DNA of 47,646 bases, taken from NCBI RefSeq assembly GCF_001194135.2, contig NC_069005.1, positions 17,210,546 to 17,258,191 on the forward strand, read 5' to 3'. Source of the stretch: Octopus bimaculoides. Its lineage: Eukaryota. Numbering within the stretch: position 1 is the stretch's first letter; every line of letters starts with the position of its first letter. A program made the translations under genes and the position numbers. Shown piece by piece: positions 11,502 through 23,253 of the stretch. The notes under the pieces were generated by a model. The model had not been told where the DNA came from. It made no database searches and saw nothing but the letters and a program-made list of their open reading frames with translations.

Positions 11502-12444
11502 NNNNNNNNNNNNNNNNNNNNNNNNNNNNNNNNNNNNNNNNNNNNNNNNNNNNNNNNNNNNNNNNNNNNNNNNNNNNNNNNNNNNNNNNNNNNNNNNNNN
11601 NNNNNNNNNNNNNNNNNNNNNNNNNNNNNNNNNNNNNNNNNNNNNNNNNNNNNNNNNNNNNNNNNNNNNNNNNNNNNNNNNNNNNNNNNNNNNNNNNNNN
11701 NNNNNNNNNNNNNNNNNNNNNNNNNNNNNNNNNNNNNNNNNNNNNNNNNNNNNNNNNNNNNNNNNNNNNNNNNNNNNNNNNNNNNNNNNNNNNNNNNNNN
11801 NNNNNNNNNNNNNNNNNNNNNNNNNNNNNNNNNNNNNNNNNNNNNNNNNNNNNNNNNNNNNNNNNNNNNNNNNNNNNNNNNNNNNNNNNNNNNNNNNNNN
11901 NNNNNNNNNNNNNNNNNNNNNNNNNNNNNNNNNNNNNNNNNNNNNNNNNNNNNNNNNNNNNNNNNNNNNNNNNNNNNNNNNNNNNNNNNNNNNNNNNNNN
12001 NNNNNNNNNNNNNNNNNNNNNNNNNNNNNNNNNNNNNNNNNNNNNNNNNNNNNNNNNNNNNNNNNNNNNNNNNNNNNNNNNNNNNNNNNNNNNNNNNNNN
12101 NNNNNNNNNNATATATATGAGCTTTTAAATAAGTTCTCCACCAATAATGGTGCTTTCATACCAATGGGCTTGGTAAAAATTGTTAATTGTTAATTGATTT
12201 ATTAATTAATAAATTGATAATCCTTTACCCTTTTAATTTGTATATATGTATATATATATATATATATACATATATATATCACCCATTTCATTTTTTTTTC
12301 ATTTTATCTAGTTTCAGCTCATGGGCTGTGGCCATGCTGGGGCACCGCCATTTGGTGTTGCTACATAATTTTACTTCACGTATTTTACTTCAGGAATTGA
12401 CATTTGGTGCATGAGAGAGTTTGATGCAACTGCCCTCATCTGCA

Positions 12445-12810
12445 ACTGTATACGGAAGTCGATTAATTGGTACTTATTTTATCGATCCGAATGATGAAAG
12501 TCGAAGTCTACCTCAGCGGCGTTTGAACTCAGGACACAAATCGGAAGAAATGCAACGAAGCATTTTGTCCGGCGTGCTCACGATTTTGCCATCTCGCTAC
12601 CTTTTGGATAAGTTAATAATGGTTTCAAATTTTGGCATAGAATCATCAGTTTTTGAAGGGTTAGAAAGTCGACCCCAGTCCTTGACTCCTCCGTATTTTA
12701 TCTGTCCCAGAAGTTGAAAGGCAAAGCTGACCTGGACGGTATTTGAACCCAGAAAGTAGAATTGAGTGAAATGCCACTAAGCCTTTTCTCCAGCCTGCTA
12801 ACTGAACTGT
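12445..12810 (-). mobile_element. Two tandem decayed type B (MetaSINE-like) SINEs
   Basis: Two reverse copies of the GACTTCGACTTTCATCATTCGGATCGATAAAATAAGTACC / GCTTTGCCTTTCAAC core. Confidence 0.65.
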
Positions 12811-13302
12811 CGGCTCACCACATTCTGATTGAGTTAATAATATTTCTTAATTCAGGTAGTAAATACATGGCACCTTCAATCTTAAAGAATTACGTGATTT
12901 CTTTCTGAATGAAAATTAAAACAAATTGCAATAAAAGAATGACATTTCAACGTATAATTAATTGGTATTTTTCTGGAATACAAAATGAAGAATTAAAGAG
13001 TACAAGATTAGTTATTTTATTTCATTCAAAACTCATGGCTGTCCGCATCTGTTTATATATGTCAGCACATATTTTCAACAGTTTTTCTTATAAGTTGACG
13101 AAGCAAGTTGAACCACTGACGAGAATTAAGATCCTCTGCATCAAAATCCGAAATCACATGATATGTCTATATCTGCGATCGTAGGGAGCTTTGTTTCCCT
13201 TGTCAACTTACTAAGATAGTACTGTTGTGGTTAAGGAGTGGTTGTGACTCTTATTTCTAGCAAAGTTGTTACCACTTCGTACCCTCTGTCACATTAGTGA
13301 CG

Positions 13303-13346
<44 letters not shown>

Positions 13347-14251
13347 NNNNNNNNNNNNNNNNNNNNNNNNNNNNNNNNNNNNNNNNNNNNNNNNNNNNNN
13401 NNNNNNNNNNNNNNNNNNNNNNNNNNNNNNNNNNNNNNNNNNNNNNNNNNNNNNNNNNNNNNNNNNNNNNNNNNNNNNNNNNNNNNNNNNNNNNNNNNNN
13501 NNNNNNNNNNNNNNNNNNNNNNNNNNNNNNNNNNNNNNNNNNNNNNNNNNNNNNNNNNNNNNNNNNNNNNNNNNNNNNNNNNNNNNNNNNNNNNNNNNNN
13601 NNNNNNNNNNNNNNNNNNNNNNNNNNNNNNNNNNNNNNNNNNNNNNNNNNNNNNNNNNNNNNNNNNNNNNNNNNNNNNNNNNNNNNNNNNNNNNNNNNNN
13701 NNNNNNNNNNNNNNNNNNNNNNNNNNNNNNNNNNNNNNNNNNNNNNNNNNNNNNNNNNNNNNNNNNNNNNNNNNNNNNNNNNNNNNNNNNNNNNNNNNNN
13801 NNNNNNNNNNNNNNNNNNNNNNNNNNNNNNNNNNNNNNNNNNNNNNNNNNNNNNNNNNNNNNNNNNNNNNNNNNNNNNNNNNNNNNNNNNNNNNNNNNNN
13901 NNNNNNNNNNNNNNNNNNNNNNNNNNNNNNNNNNNNNNNNNNNNNNNNNNNNNNNNNNNNNNNNNNNNNNNNNNNNNNNNNNNNNNNNNNNNNNNNNNNN
14001 NNNNNNNNNNNNNNNNNNNNNNNNNNNNNNNNNNNNNNNNNNNNNNNNNNNNNNNNNNNNNNNNNNATATATATGCATATATGTACATATATATTTATGT
14101 AAAGGAAGAGTTTCATAACTAGAACTATACAAGCAGTAACACACTCACCATTACACTCACACGCATACATATATATGTGTGTATGTGTGTATATGCATGC
14201 GTGCATGTATATATGTGATGGATATGTATACACGCACACGTGTAGATAGAT

Positions 14252-14320
<69 letters not shown>

Positions 14321-14441
14321 TTTGCTTCTAAATATTTGTATGCACTGGAGTATGTATATGAATAAATATAATTTCTCTTGGAAATTTACAACACTTATAA
14401 TCAAAAATCGCACAGAATATATATTTGCGCGTATACACACA

Positions 14442-14490
<49 letters not shown>

Positions 14491-14633
14491 GTGTGTGTGT
14501 GTATGTATTTATATGCGTGTGTGTATGCGTGTGTACAAACATATATATATATATATTATATATCAAATAATATATATATATACATATGTGAGTGCATATA
14601 TACAGATAGATAGACAGACACCTGTGTGTATGC

Positions 14634-14671
<38 letters not shown>

Positions 14672-15927
14672 GTGTGCAGACATGCATATGCATGTATGAG
14701 TTTGCGTGAGTGCTATCATATGTATGTAATGTTTTTCTAAACAAGTTCCTCGCCAAAATTTATATTTTCTCAGCTCTTAATTTGTTATTTGAAATCTTTC
14801 AAATTGAACTTAGTTCCAAATAATTCGATATAGAATTTAGACACACATACATAAATATTTACAACAATATTTAGGTGTAATGTATGTATGTAGATAGGCA
14901 TAAACCTGTATAAGACAGAAGTAGTAATCCAGATTACACACACGCACAAACATTTACATATATATATNNNNNNNNNNNNNNNNNNNNNNNNNNNNNNNNN
15001 NNNNNNNNNNNNNNNNNNNNNNNNNNNNNNNNNNNNNNNNNNNNNNNNNNNNNNNNNNNNNNNNNNNNNNNNNNNNNNNNNNNNNNNNNNNNNNNNNNNN
15101 NNNNNNNNNNNNNNNNNNNNNNNNNNNNNNNNNNNNNNNNNNNNNNNNNNNNNNNNNNNNNNNNNNNNNNNNNNNNNNNNNNNNNNNNNNNNNNNNNNNN
15201 NNNNNNNNNNNNNNNNNNNNNNNNNNNNNNNNNNNNNNNNNNNNNNNNNNNNNNNNNNNNNNNNNNNNNNNNNNNNNNNNNNNNNNNNNNNNNNNNNNNN
15301 NNNNNNNNNNNNNNNNNNNNNNNNNNNNNNNNNNNNNNNNNNNNNNNNNNNNNNNNNNNNNNNNNNNNNNNNNNNNNNNNNNNNNNNNNNNNNNNNNNNN
15401 NNNNNNNNNNNNNNNNNNNNNNNNNNNNNNNNNNNNNNNNNNNNNNNNNNNNNNNNNNNNNNNNNNNNNNNNNNNNNNNNNNNNNNNNNNNNNNNNNNNN
15501 NNNNNNNNNNNNNNNNNNNNNNNNNNNNNNNNNNNNNNNNNNNNNNNNNNNNNNNNNNNNNNNNNNNNNNNNNNNNNNNNNNNNNNNNNNNNNNNNNNNN
15601 NNNNNNNNNNNNNNNNNNNNNNNNNNNNNNNNNNNNNNNNNNNNNNNNNNNNNNNNNNNNNNNNNNNNNNNNNNNNNNNNNNNNNNNNNNNNNNNNNNNN
15701 NNNNNNNNNNNNNNNNNNNNNNNNNNNNNNNNNNNNNNNNNNNNNNNNNNNNNNNNNNNNNNNNNNNNNNNNNNNNNNNNNNNNNNNNNNNNNNNNNNNN
15801 NNNNNNNNNNNNNNNNNNNNNNNNNNNNNNNNNNNNNNNNNNNNNNNNNNNNNNNNNNNNNNNNNNNNNNNNNNNNNNNNNNNNNNNNNNNNNNNNNNNN
15901 NNNNNNNNNNNNNNNNNNNNNNNNNNN

Positions 15928-15982
<55 letters not shown>

Positions 15983-17941
15983 AAATCTGATATTTATGCT
16001 TGGGTTAAACATCGTAGTTGTTTATAAATACCCCGATAGTATTTTGATTGTTACTTTTGTTGTTGTTGTTATTGTTGTTACTCTTGTTTTTAAACATCAC
16101 TGTTTCAGTTCTCCTTTGTATGCTCTTCGTTGTTGTTCTTGCAATTGTTGTTCTTCGTTTCGTATATGTGCTTTGCTTGGTTTGTTTTGTTTTGTCTTTT
16201 TTCTGGTTTAACAATTCTCTTTGTATTTTTTTTTGTTGCATATATTTATATATTGTGTATATGTGTGTGCGTTCGTGTTTATATATGTGTGTATGAAGGC
16301 ATCTAGGAATATCATGTTTGTATGTGTATATTGTATATTGAATTCCTCTTATTTATTTAGCGTAGGTAGATGGGCAATAAAAGTATTCCACATGACCTGA
16401 AATTGTTGGGTTTTTATTTACAAAAAAATTATATTTTGTAAGAAAATATATAAACAGTTAAAGGAATCAAGAAGAATAGGTGGAGGTGGAGGAGGAAAAT
16501 AAGGAGGAGAAGAAGAAGAAGAAGAAGAAGAAGAAGGGGAGGGGCCTGGGATGACGAGCATACATATATTATACTTATATACATACATANNNNNNNNNNN
16601 NNNNNNNNNNNNNNNNNNNNNNNNNNNNNNNNNNNNNNNNNNNNNNNNNNNNNNNNNNNNNNNNNNNNNNNNNNNNNNNNNNNNNNNNNNNNNNNNNNNN
16701 NNNNNNNNNNNNNNTATGTGAGAATGTTTATTTATGTATGTATGTATGTATGTATGTATGTAGGTTTATGTATGTATAAACAAAACTTATGAAAACATTT
16801 TCAACTGAGAAAGTCACAGTTCAAATGTAGAGATGCGTTCATGGTGCTGGAGTGGGGGTTTACTTGGCAAGAAAGTTTCTATGCATCTTTGAATGAAACC
16901 ATGGGATAATATGAGAATTTGCAGGCGCCATTTTTCCGCTTTATCTGTTAGACATAGAAACAATATTTCCTTAGATGAAATTATAATGTTTTTGTTTTTG
17001 GTTTGCAAGATTAGTGTGCATTCGGGCGTTGAAGCAGATTATATTGTATTTCGGTAGGGTCATTATATTGTGTTTCGATAGGATCTAGTCACTGGATTAG
17101 AGAAAGCATAGTACTGTAGTGGTCGTAAATGGCATCGAAAGGAATTTGACAAACGTAACTGATTAGCTGATTAGCAGAATATTTCATCAAACGATCGATT
17201 AGTTAATTGGTTAGATAGTTAACCAACTGACAATAAATAATAAAGAAGGATAGAACCAGAGCATGTACTTATTATTGGCATAATGCCCCCCACCCCGAGA
17301 TACAACGAAAACTCTATTGTCTTTTAAAATAACGAAGGAACGCATTAGGTAATTTAGTTCTAGATATACAACGAAATTTGATGGTTACAGTTGGATTATT
17401 ATCCGTTCCAATCAGGATTGATTTCAGGCAAAGCAACCGCGACGAGTTAAGTAGGTGGTTCCATTGCTGTTGTTAGATCTATTAGAAATAACAACCAAAC
17501 TCGCTTCTAAACTTCATATTACCATCTGAAGATAAAAAGGGAAAATAAGTCCTTGATACATTATGGAATATGTCCTGGAGTTAATGAATAACTACAAAAA
17601 CAAAAAGGTGACAGCAGCATCAAGTTGCCGAGAGAGCTTATGCAGGATAAATCTGTTTGCTAGAAGTAGCAGTGAAATCTCTCTCAAATTAAAATTTCTC
17701 AATTATTTAAATCTTTAGAAATAAAGAAGGACCCACTAATTGATATAGTTCAACATATACTAGAAAGGCGACAAATGTACTGCGTGTTAGATTATGCAAT
17801 ACAGAGCACAACAATCTGATGGGCGTTAGGTCTGCTTTTCATATGACGAAGACATGAGCTAACTTTGATATACACACCAACACCACAGCCACCACCACAG
17901 CAGCAGTAGTATTAGAGAAATTTTAGACACAAACCAAAATA

Positions 17942-17975
<34 letters not shown>

Positions 17976-18677
17976 GAGCTCCGGGTCAGTTCTGATCACG
18001 TAAATCTATATGCAAAGGCTTTCCAGTGTTGACTTTTCCATTCTTTTTTATTCAAATATAGAGCATCGTATTTTCTCTTATCAATTTTTTCTTTAATTGC
18101 AAGCAGAGAAATATGCTTCAAGCTTTCATTTTCTTAGTCATGGGGTTCCAGTAATTCGCTTTTAGAGGCAATCACAAAAACAAAATGCGCTCCATTGTAA
18201 TCACGATCCTAAATATATTTCAATTTGTTTGTATACCCTAAATTGATACAAATTTACCTTTTTCTCCGCTTCGAGTCATCCATATTTTTTATAATTGTTT
18301 GTACTGTTGCTTTATTCATTTCCAAGGATTGCCATATTTTTGTCTTCATCATACCGCGTTCATATCTATTTACAACTACCAATTTTTATAACTGTCTTTT
18401 ATTCTACGCGTATTAAGATTAGACTTTTTCTTTTGTAGTTGAAATGCAATAGGAATGAAATAGGGAGCGATAGAAACAAGTACTCACGTGAATGAGAAAA
18501 TAAGAAAGCCTTACATTCTACACAACCGTTATCTACCCTGCCAGTAAATATAAATCTGCTTTTACGCAGCTATAAGTGGTTTGACTCTTACTTCTAGCAA
18601 TATATATGCTTGTAGCATAAACGGTCACAATTAGTAACGATAAATTTTGCCTATACGGCTTATATTACGTCCAGCTA

Positions 18678-18705
18678 TGTGTGTGTGTGTGTGTGCGTGC
18701 GCGCG

Positions 18706-18727
<22 letters not shown>
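18678..18727. repeat. Perfect 50-bp palindrome (TG)n-CGTGCGC|GCGCACG-(CA)n, alternating purine/pyrimidine
   Basis: 18678-18702 is the exact reverse complement of 18703-18727. Confidence 0.9.
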
Positions 18728-18767
<40 letters not shown>

Positions 18768-18979
18768 CTCTTCTTTTGCTTGTTTCAGTCGTTTTGATTT
18801 CGTTTTGCAAGATTCCTGATATGAAATCGTGGGTTGAAACAGATATCGTTGTATTTCGGGATGCTCATTTTATTTGCTACTTTTTTTTTTGGGGGGGGGG
18901 CAAGTAAACACACGCACTATATATTTTTTCTTCACTCGTTTATTACTGTTCTTGTTTTATTATTTTATCTTATGTCCAT

Positions 18980-19025
18980 TGTCCGGAAATCTTTCGTCAC
19001 ACATCTGTGACCTCTTCAGCAACAC
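18980..19025 (-). ncRNA. Minimal type I hammerhead-ribozyme motif (family 3)
   Basis: Reverse complement GTGTTG CTGAAGA G GTCACA-GATG-TGTGAC GAAA GATT TC CGGACA: core CUGAAGA/GAAA, perfect 6-bp stem II, near-palindromic stem III, UUC triplet; stem I imperfect. Confidence 0.65.
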
Positions 19026-20923
19026 TTTTCCATTTCCATGTGTTCTGGCTCCACTTACTCCATTCAGTTCTTCTAAGATGTGTATCAATATGTGTGTATG
19101 CGTTTGTGTCATTGTTTGTTTGTGTGCGTGCGTGTGTGTGTGTGTATGTGTGTGTGTGTGTGTGAGTGTGTGCGTGCGTGCGAGTGTGTGTCTGTGTATG
19201 TTTGTGTGTGTGTCTTATTTTTAGATTAATAAACGAATATATAAATATATCTGCCACATACCTGTGATAAATGTAAGACAGAAATAGATAATATAAATAA
19301 TAGAAATAGATAATATAAATAAATAAAACTATATAAAGGGCGTGGACACATACGAAGCGAACCCATGCACACGCACAAACACACACACATAAAACCTCAT
19401 GGATGGCCATATGGTGCAAACAACACAAGGTCAGCAGTGGTGGTGCCGACAAGGGCAATAACAACAATAACCACCATGGCAACACCGTGGACGGACACAC
19501 ATGCAGAGAGGAATACAAGAACTGTACCCTTTTTGTTTCTCGAGTCTTAGGACTGCAGTAGTACAATGGGGTAAGAAGTTGGGGCTGAAGGGAAGGCCAC
19601 ACTGCTGCTAAAAACAAAGACACACCCACAAACACACACACACACACACACANNNNNNNNNNNNNNNNNNNNNNNNNNNNNNNNNNNNNNNNNNNNNNNN
19701 NNNNNNNNNNNNNNNNNNNNNNNNNNNNNNNNNNNNNNNNNNNNNNNNNNNNNNNNNNNNNNNNNNNNNNNNNNNNNNNNNNNNNNNNNNNNNNNNNNNN
19801 NNNNNNNNNNNNNNNNNNNNNNNNNNNNNNNNNNNNNNNNNNNNNNNNNNNNNNNNNNNNNNNNNNNNNNNNNNNNNNNNNNNNNNNNNNNNNNNNNNNN
19901 NNNNNNNNNNNNNNNNNNNNNNNNNNNNNNNNNNNNNNNNNNNNNNNNNNNNNNNNNNNNNNNNNNNNNNNNNNNNNNNNNNNNNNNNNNNNNNNNNNNN
20001 NNNNNNNNNNNNNNNNNNNNNNNNNNNNNNNNNNNNNNNNNNNNNNNNNNNNNNNNNNNNNNNNNNNNNNNNNNNNNNNNNNNNNNNNNNNNNNNNNNNN
20101 NNNNNNNNNNNNNNNNNNNNNNNNNNNNNNNNNNNNNNNNNNNNNNNNNNNNNNNNNNNNNNNNNNNNNNNNNNNNNNNNNNNNNNNNNNNNNNNNNNNN
20201 NNNNNNNNNNNNNNNNNNNNNNNNNNNNNNNNNNNNNNNNNNNNNNNNNNNNNNNNNNNNNNNNNNNNNNNNNNNNNNNNNNNNNNNNNNNNNNNNNNNN
20301 NNNNNNNNNNNNNNNNNNNNNNNNNNNNNNNNNNNNNNNNNNNNNNNNNNNNNNNNNNNNNNATATATATATATATATATATGATGGGATTCTTTCAGTT
20401 TTCGCCTGCCTAATTCTCTCACAAGGCTTTGGTGGAGCTCAAGCTATTGCAGATATCTCTTGCCCACGAATTATGTGGTTGGGAAGTAAATGCCTTACCA
20501 CGCAGGTCAAAACTTCCAAGTCACAGCCACCAATCTTCTTGTGCAAGTATGCTATCTATATATTCTACAAAAAGTATTGAGTAATCCTTCCGTTCAACGC
20601 AAAATTTTTATTATAACTCATCATATTCCCCCGAGGTCTACCTTTCTTTCTATACTTTTGGGATGGATTAAATAAGTTCCTGTTAAGTACTGGAGTCGAT
20701 TAAATCGATTGGACTCTTACCCAAATTTCAGTCGTTGTGTCTACATTAGAAAAGCTTACAACTCGACATAGAGACAAATATTATTATCGGTGGATGGGGT
20801 TAGGGTTACATCAACGAATTACCCGATGAGGGTCTTACCCTTACCGAAGCTGATCTTAAGAAGAAAAAAATTAGATGATATACCATACTAACTTAATGCT
20901 GTTATTATTATTTGGTATTGTAA

Positions 20924-21112
20924 GGCGGCGAGCTGGCAGAAACATTAGCACGCCGGGTGAAATGCTTAGCGGTATTTCGTCTGTCTTTACGTTCTGAGTT
21001 CAAATTCTGCCGAGGTCGACTTTGCCTTTCATCCTTTCGGGGTCGATACGTACTGGGGTCGATCTAATCGACTGGCCTCCTTCCCAGAATTTTCGGGCCT
21101 TGTACCTAGATA
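20924..21112 (+). mobile_element. Type B tRNA-derived SINE with MetaSINE-like central domain
   Basis: GGCGGCGAGCTGGCAGAA (A box)...GAGTTCAAATTCTGCCGAGGTCGACTTTGCCTTTCATCCTTTCGGGGTCGAT...CTGGGGTCGATCTAATCGACT. Confidence 0.8.
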
Positions 21113-21185
21113 ATACAATTCTATATTTAAGAGATGAGGAATTATTTACATTCGACGGATATTTGTCCTCATCTTGTTTGTTGTT

Positions 21186-21232
21186 AACACAACGTTTCGG
21201 CTTATATACCCACCAGCCTTCATCAGGTATCT
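21186..21232 (-). ncRNA. Intact minimal type I hammerhead ribozyme (family 1)
   Basis: Reverse complement AGATAC CTGATGA A GGCT-GGTGGGTATATA-AGCC GAAAC GTT GTGTT: stem I GAUAC/GUGUU, stem II GGCU/AGCC, palindromic ACGU stem III, GUU triplet. Confidence 0.8.
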
Positions 21233-21298
21233 TGGTGAAACTTCGAACCTGGATTCTCATTGATAAGTTACTTTTCGATGTTGTTGTTGTTGTTGTTG

Positions 21299-21340
<42 letters not shown>

Positions 21341-21435
21341 TCGCTGCCTGGAATTGAACTAGGCATCTTAGGGTTAGTAGCCCGCGCTCTTAATCACTAC
21401 GCCATATGCCTGTGGGCCACGCGACTGTGGGCCAT

Positions 21436-21508
21436 GGGTACATGGCGTAGTGGTTAAGAGAGCGGGCTACTAACCCCAAGATTCCGAGTTCAATTCCAGG
21501 CAGTGACC
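21436..21508 (+). other. tRNA-derived Pol III head (not a functional tRNA); mirror copy at about 21338-21411 on the minus strand
   Basis: A box TGGCGTAGTGG, B box GAGTTCAATTCC, anticodon-like loop CTACTAA; acceptor stem pairs poorly. Confidence 0.75.
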
Positions 21509-21611
21509 TGAATAATAATAATAATAATAACAATAATAATAATAATGATAATAATAATAATAATATCGAAAAATACCTTAGGAATGAGAACCCAGGTTCG
21601 AAATTTCCCCA

Positions 21612-21655
21612 AGACACCTGATGAAGGATGGAGGGTATATAAGCCGAAACTTGTG
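21612..21655 (+). ncRNA. Degenerate hammerhead copy (family 1, right arm)
   Basis: AGACAC CTGATGA A GGAT...AGCC GAAAC -TT GTG: one stem II mismatch and loss of the stem III G relative to the left arm. Confidence 0.7.
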
Positions 21656-22914
21656 CCTAGAGTAAAAAAAATTATTTTGTATTGTTGATAACGGCATATT
21701 ATACCGAAATATTTAGCTCTAGACTGTAAGCGCTAACAGTATATTCCACATTAGCAGTCTTCCTAATGTTTTCCTGATGTATCAATATTAGAAATAATTA
21801 TAACATGAATTCACTATAATTCATTTCTTTTTACATAGTTGCCCCGTGACTATGGAAGAAAACAGCTTGAGAACTAAGGTACCTTGTGGTGGTTTGTTAC
21901 TGAATCCATGTAACTGTGAATTGAAATTTCCGTAGCCAAACGACCATAATCAATAAACCCTAGTTCTATTGTGACCTTGACTGACCTTTATTCTTTTTGG
22001 TAATGTCTCCAGTAATTTCGTAATATTTTATACAGTGTGCAATATATTGTAGACAATACAAGAAATTCCTCTAAGCATTGCCAAAAATTTTCAAGAAAAT
22101 TATATCCCATTACTATCCTACAATACATAAATACATTTCTCTTATTACACGATAGAAGAGAATTATAATTTTTCCGAGTCTTAACTCCATCATTACAGAT
22201 AAAAATTACTTCGATATTTACACCTAGCTTGCAGTTCTGCCATTTTGCTTCATAGTAACCTCAGCATTAATCTCTGTAATCATATTTTTCTTTCCTTTCC
22301 GAAGAAAGACATAAATCTTAAACGTTATATTTACTACTATCTTTAATTAATCTTTTTACCATCGAATTTTTTTTTATACGTTTCAGTCAGTTGGATCTCA
22401 GTCTCAAGATGTCATTCGGTATTCTTTTTAGAAGTACATACAATACTGAAGCGGATTCGAACTTGAAACTTTTATATCTAAACTATGTATACTGACGTTC
22501 TTATTCACTACTTCACTGGGTTGCTTGTTCAAATCTAATTTCACGCTTTCAGAACCGGATGACGACTGGAAATCAAAACATCTGGACATCAAAACTTGGA
22601 ATGATTGTGTAAACTGAAAGGAAAATGTTCCTTTATAAATTAGGAGCTTATATGAATTTTATTCATTTGTCCTGGATTTATTCATTGTGTTGTTCTTCGA
22701 AACTGTCGTATTTTACTGTCTTTTCTTGTTGAAAGATGCTGTAGCGTACCTTCTTCTGCTTTGTTTTTGCTTTTCTTTCTTTTTGTTTTTTTTTTCTATA
22801 GGAAGACTTTGCTAACCACTCGCTCAATCCTTCTTCATTTCTCCAAGCAGAGACACCGTGAGTAGCATTTCACTACCTTTCACAACCGTGCAAATAGGCC
22901 AATTCTGAGACAAA

Positions 22915-22974
<60 letters not shown>

Positions 22975-23036
22975 TATGCGACTTAATATAAATATATAAA
23001 TCTATATTCATATGTATACATGCATATATACAAACA

Positions 23037-23090
23037 TACACGCAGAGATACCCGGCGTTGCTCTGGATTAAAATGGCTTAGTTTTTATTG
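23037..23090 (-). mobile_element. Helitron 3'-terminal fragment in reverse orientation
   Basis: Reverse complement CCAGAGCAACGCCGGGTATCTCTGCG resembles the 7729-7747 terminus CCCGGGCAACACTTGTTATATCTGCTAG; the terminal CTAG is not intact. Confidence 0.45.
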
Positions 23091-23253
23091 TTTTACTGGT
23101 TTTAGTCATGTCACTACGGCCATGCTGGGGCACCGTCTTTAGTTTAACAAATCGGCCTCAGGATTTATTCTTTGTAAGCCTAGTACTTATACTATATGTG
23201 TTTTTTTACCGAATCGCTAAGTTACGGGGACGTAAACACACAATATCGGTTGT
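23090..23253 (-). mobile_element. Type A SINE 3' part (remainder lost in the N gap)
   Basis: TTTTAGTCATGTCACTACGGCCATGCTGGGGCACCG...TCTTTGTAAGCCTAGTACTTAT...GAATCGCTAAGTTACGGGGACGTAAACACAC. Confidence 0.75.

Larger units (their letters stand above)
21128..21655. mobile_element. Fold-back (head-to-head) dimer of a tRNA-headed, (AAT)n-containing, hammerhead-tailed SINE/retrozyme-like unit
   Basis: Inverted arms 21188-21411 and 21436-21655 around a 24-nt spacer; each arm has a tRNA-like head, (AAT)n/(AAC)n, a ~70-bp body and a CTGATGA...GAAAC motif; the left unit continues to about 21128. Confidence 0.85.

Noticed and set aside
8359-16012. Long ORFs in the track containing X runs (also around 23.1-24.4, 26.3-27.6 and 37.1-37.8 kb)
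   Set aside because: Artefacts of translating N gaps and microsatellites.
17038-17085. 24-bp tandem duplication (21/24)
   Set aside because: Only two units; ordinary slippage, not an array.
20790-20855. GGGGTTAGGGTTA telomere-like motif and CCGATGA...GAAG pattern
   Set aside because: Fewer than two full TTAGGG units; the hammerhead core is mismatched.
21436-21508. tRNA-Ser(ACT) gene
   Set aside because: Poor acceptor and anticodon stems, and embedded in a repeat unit; treated as a tRNA-derived head.
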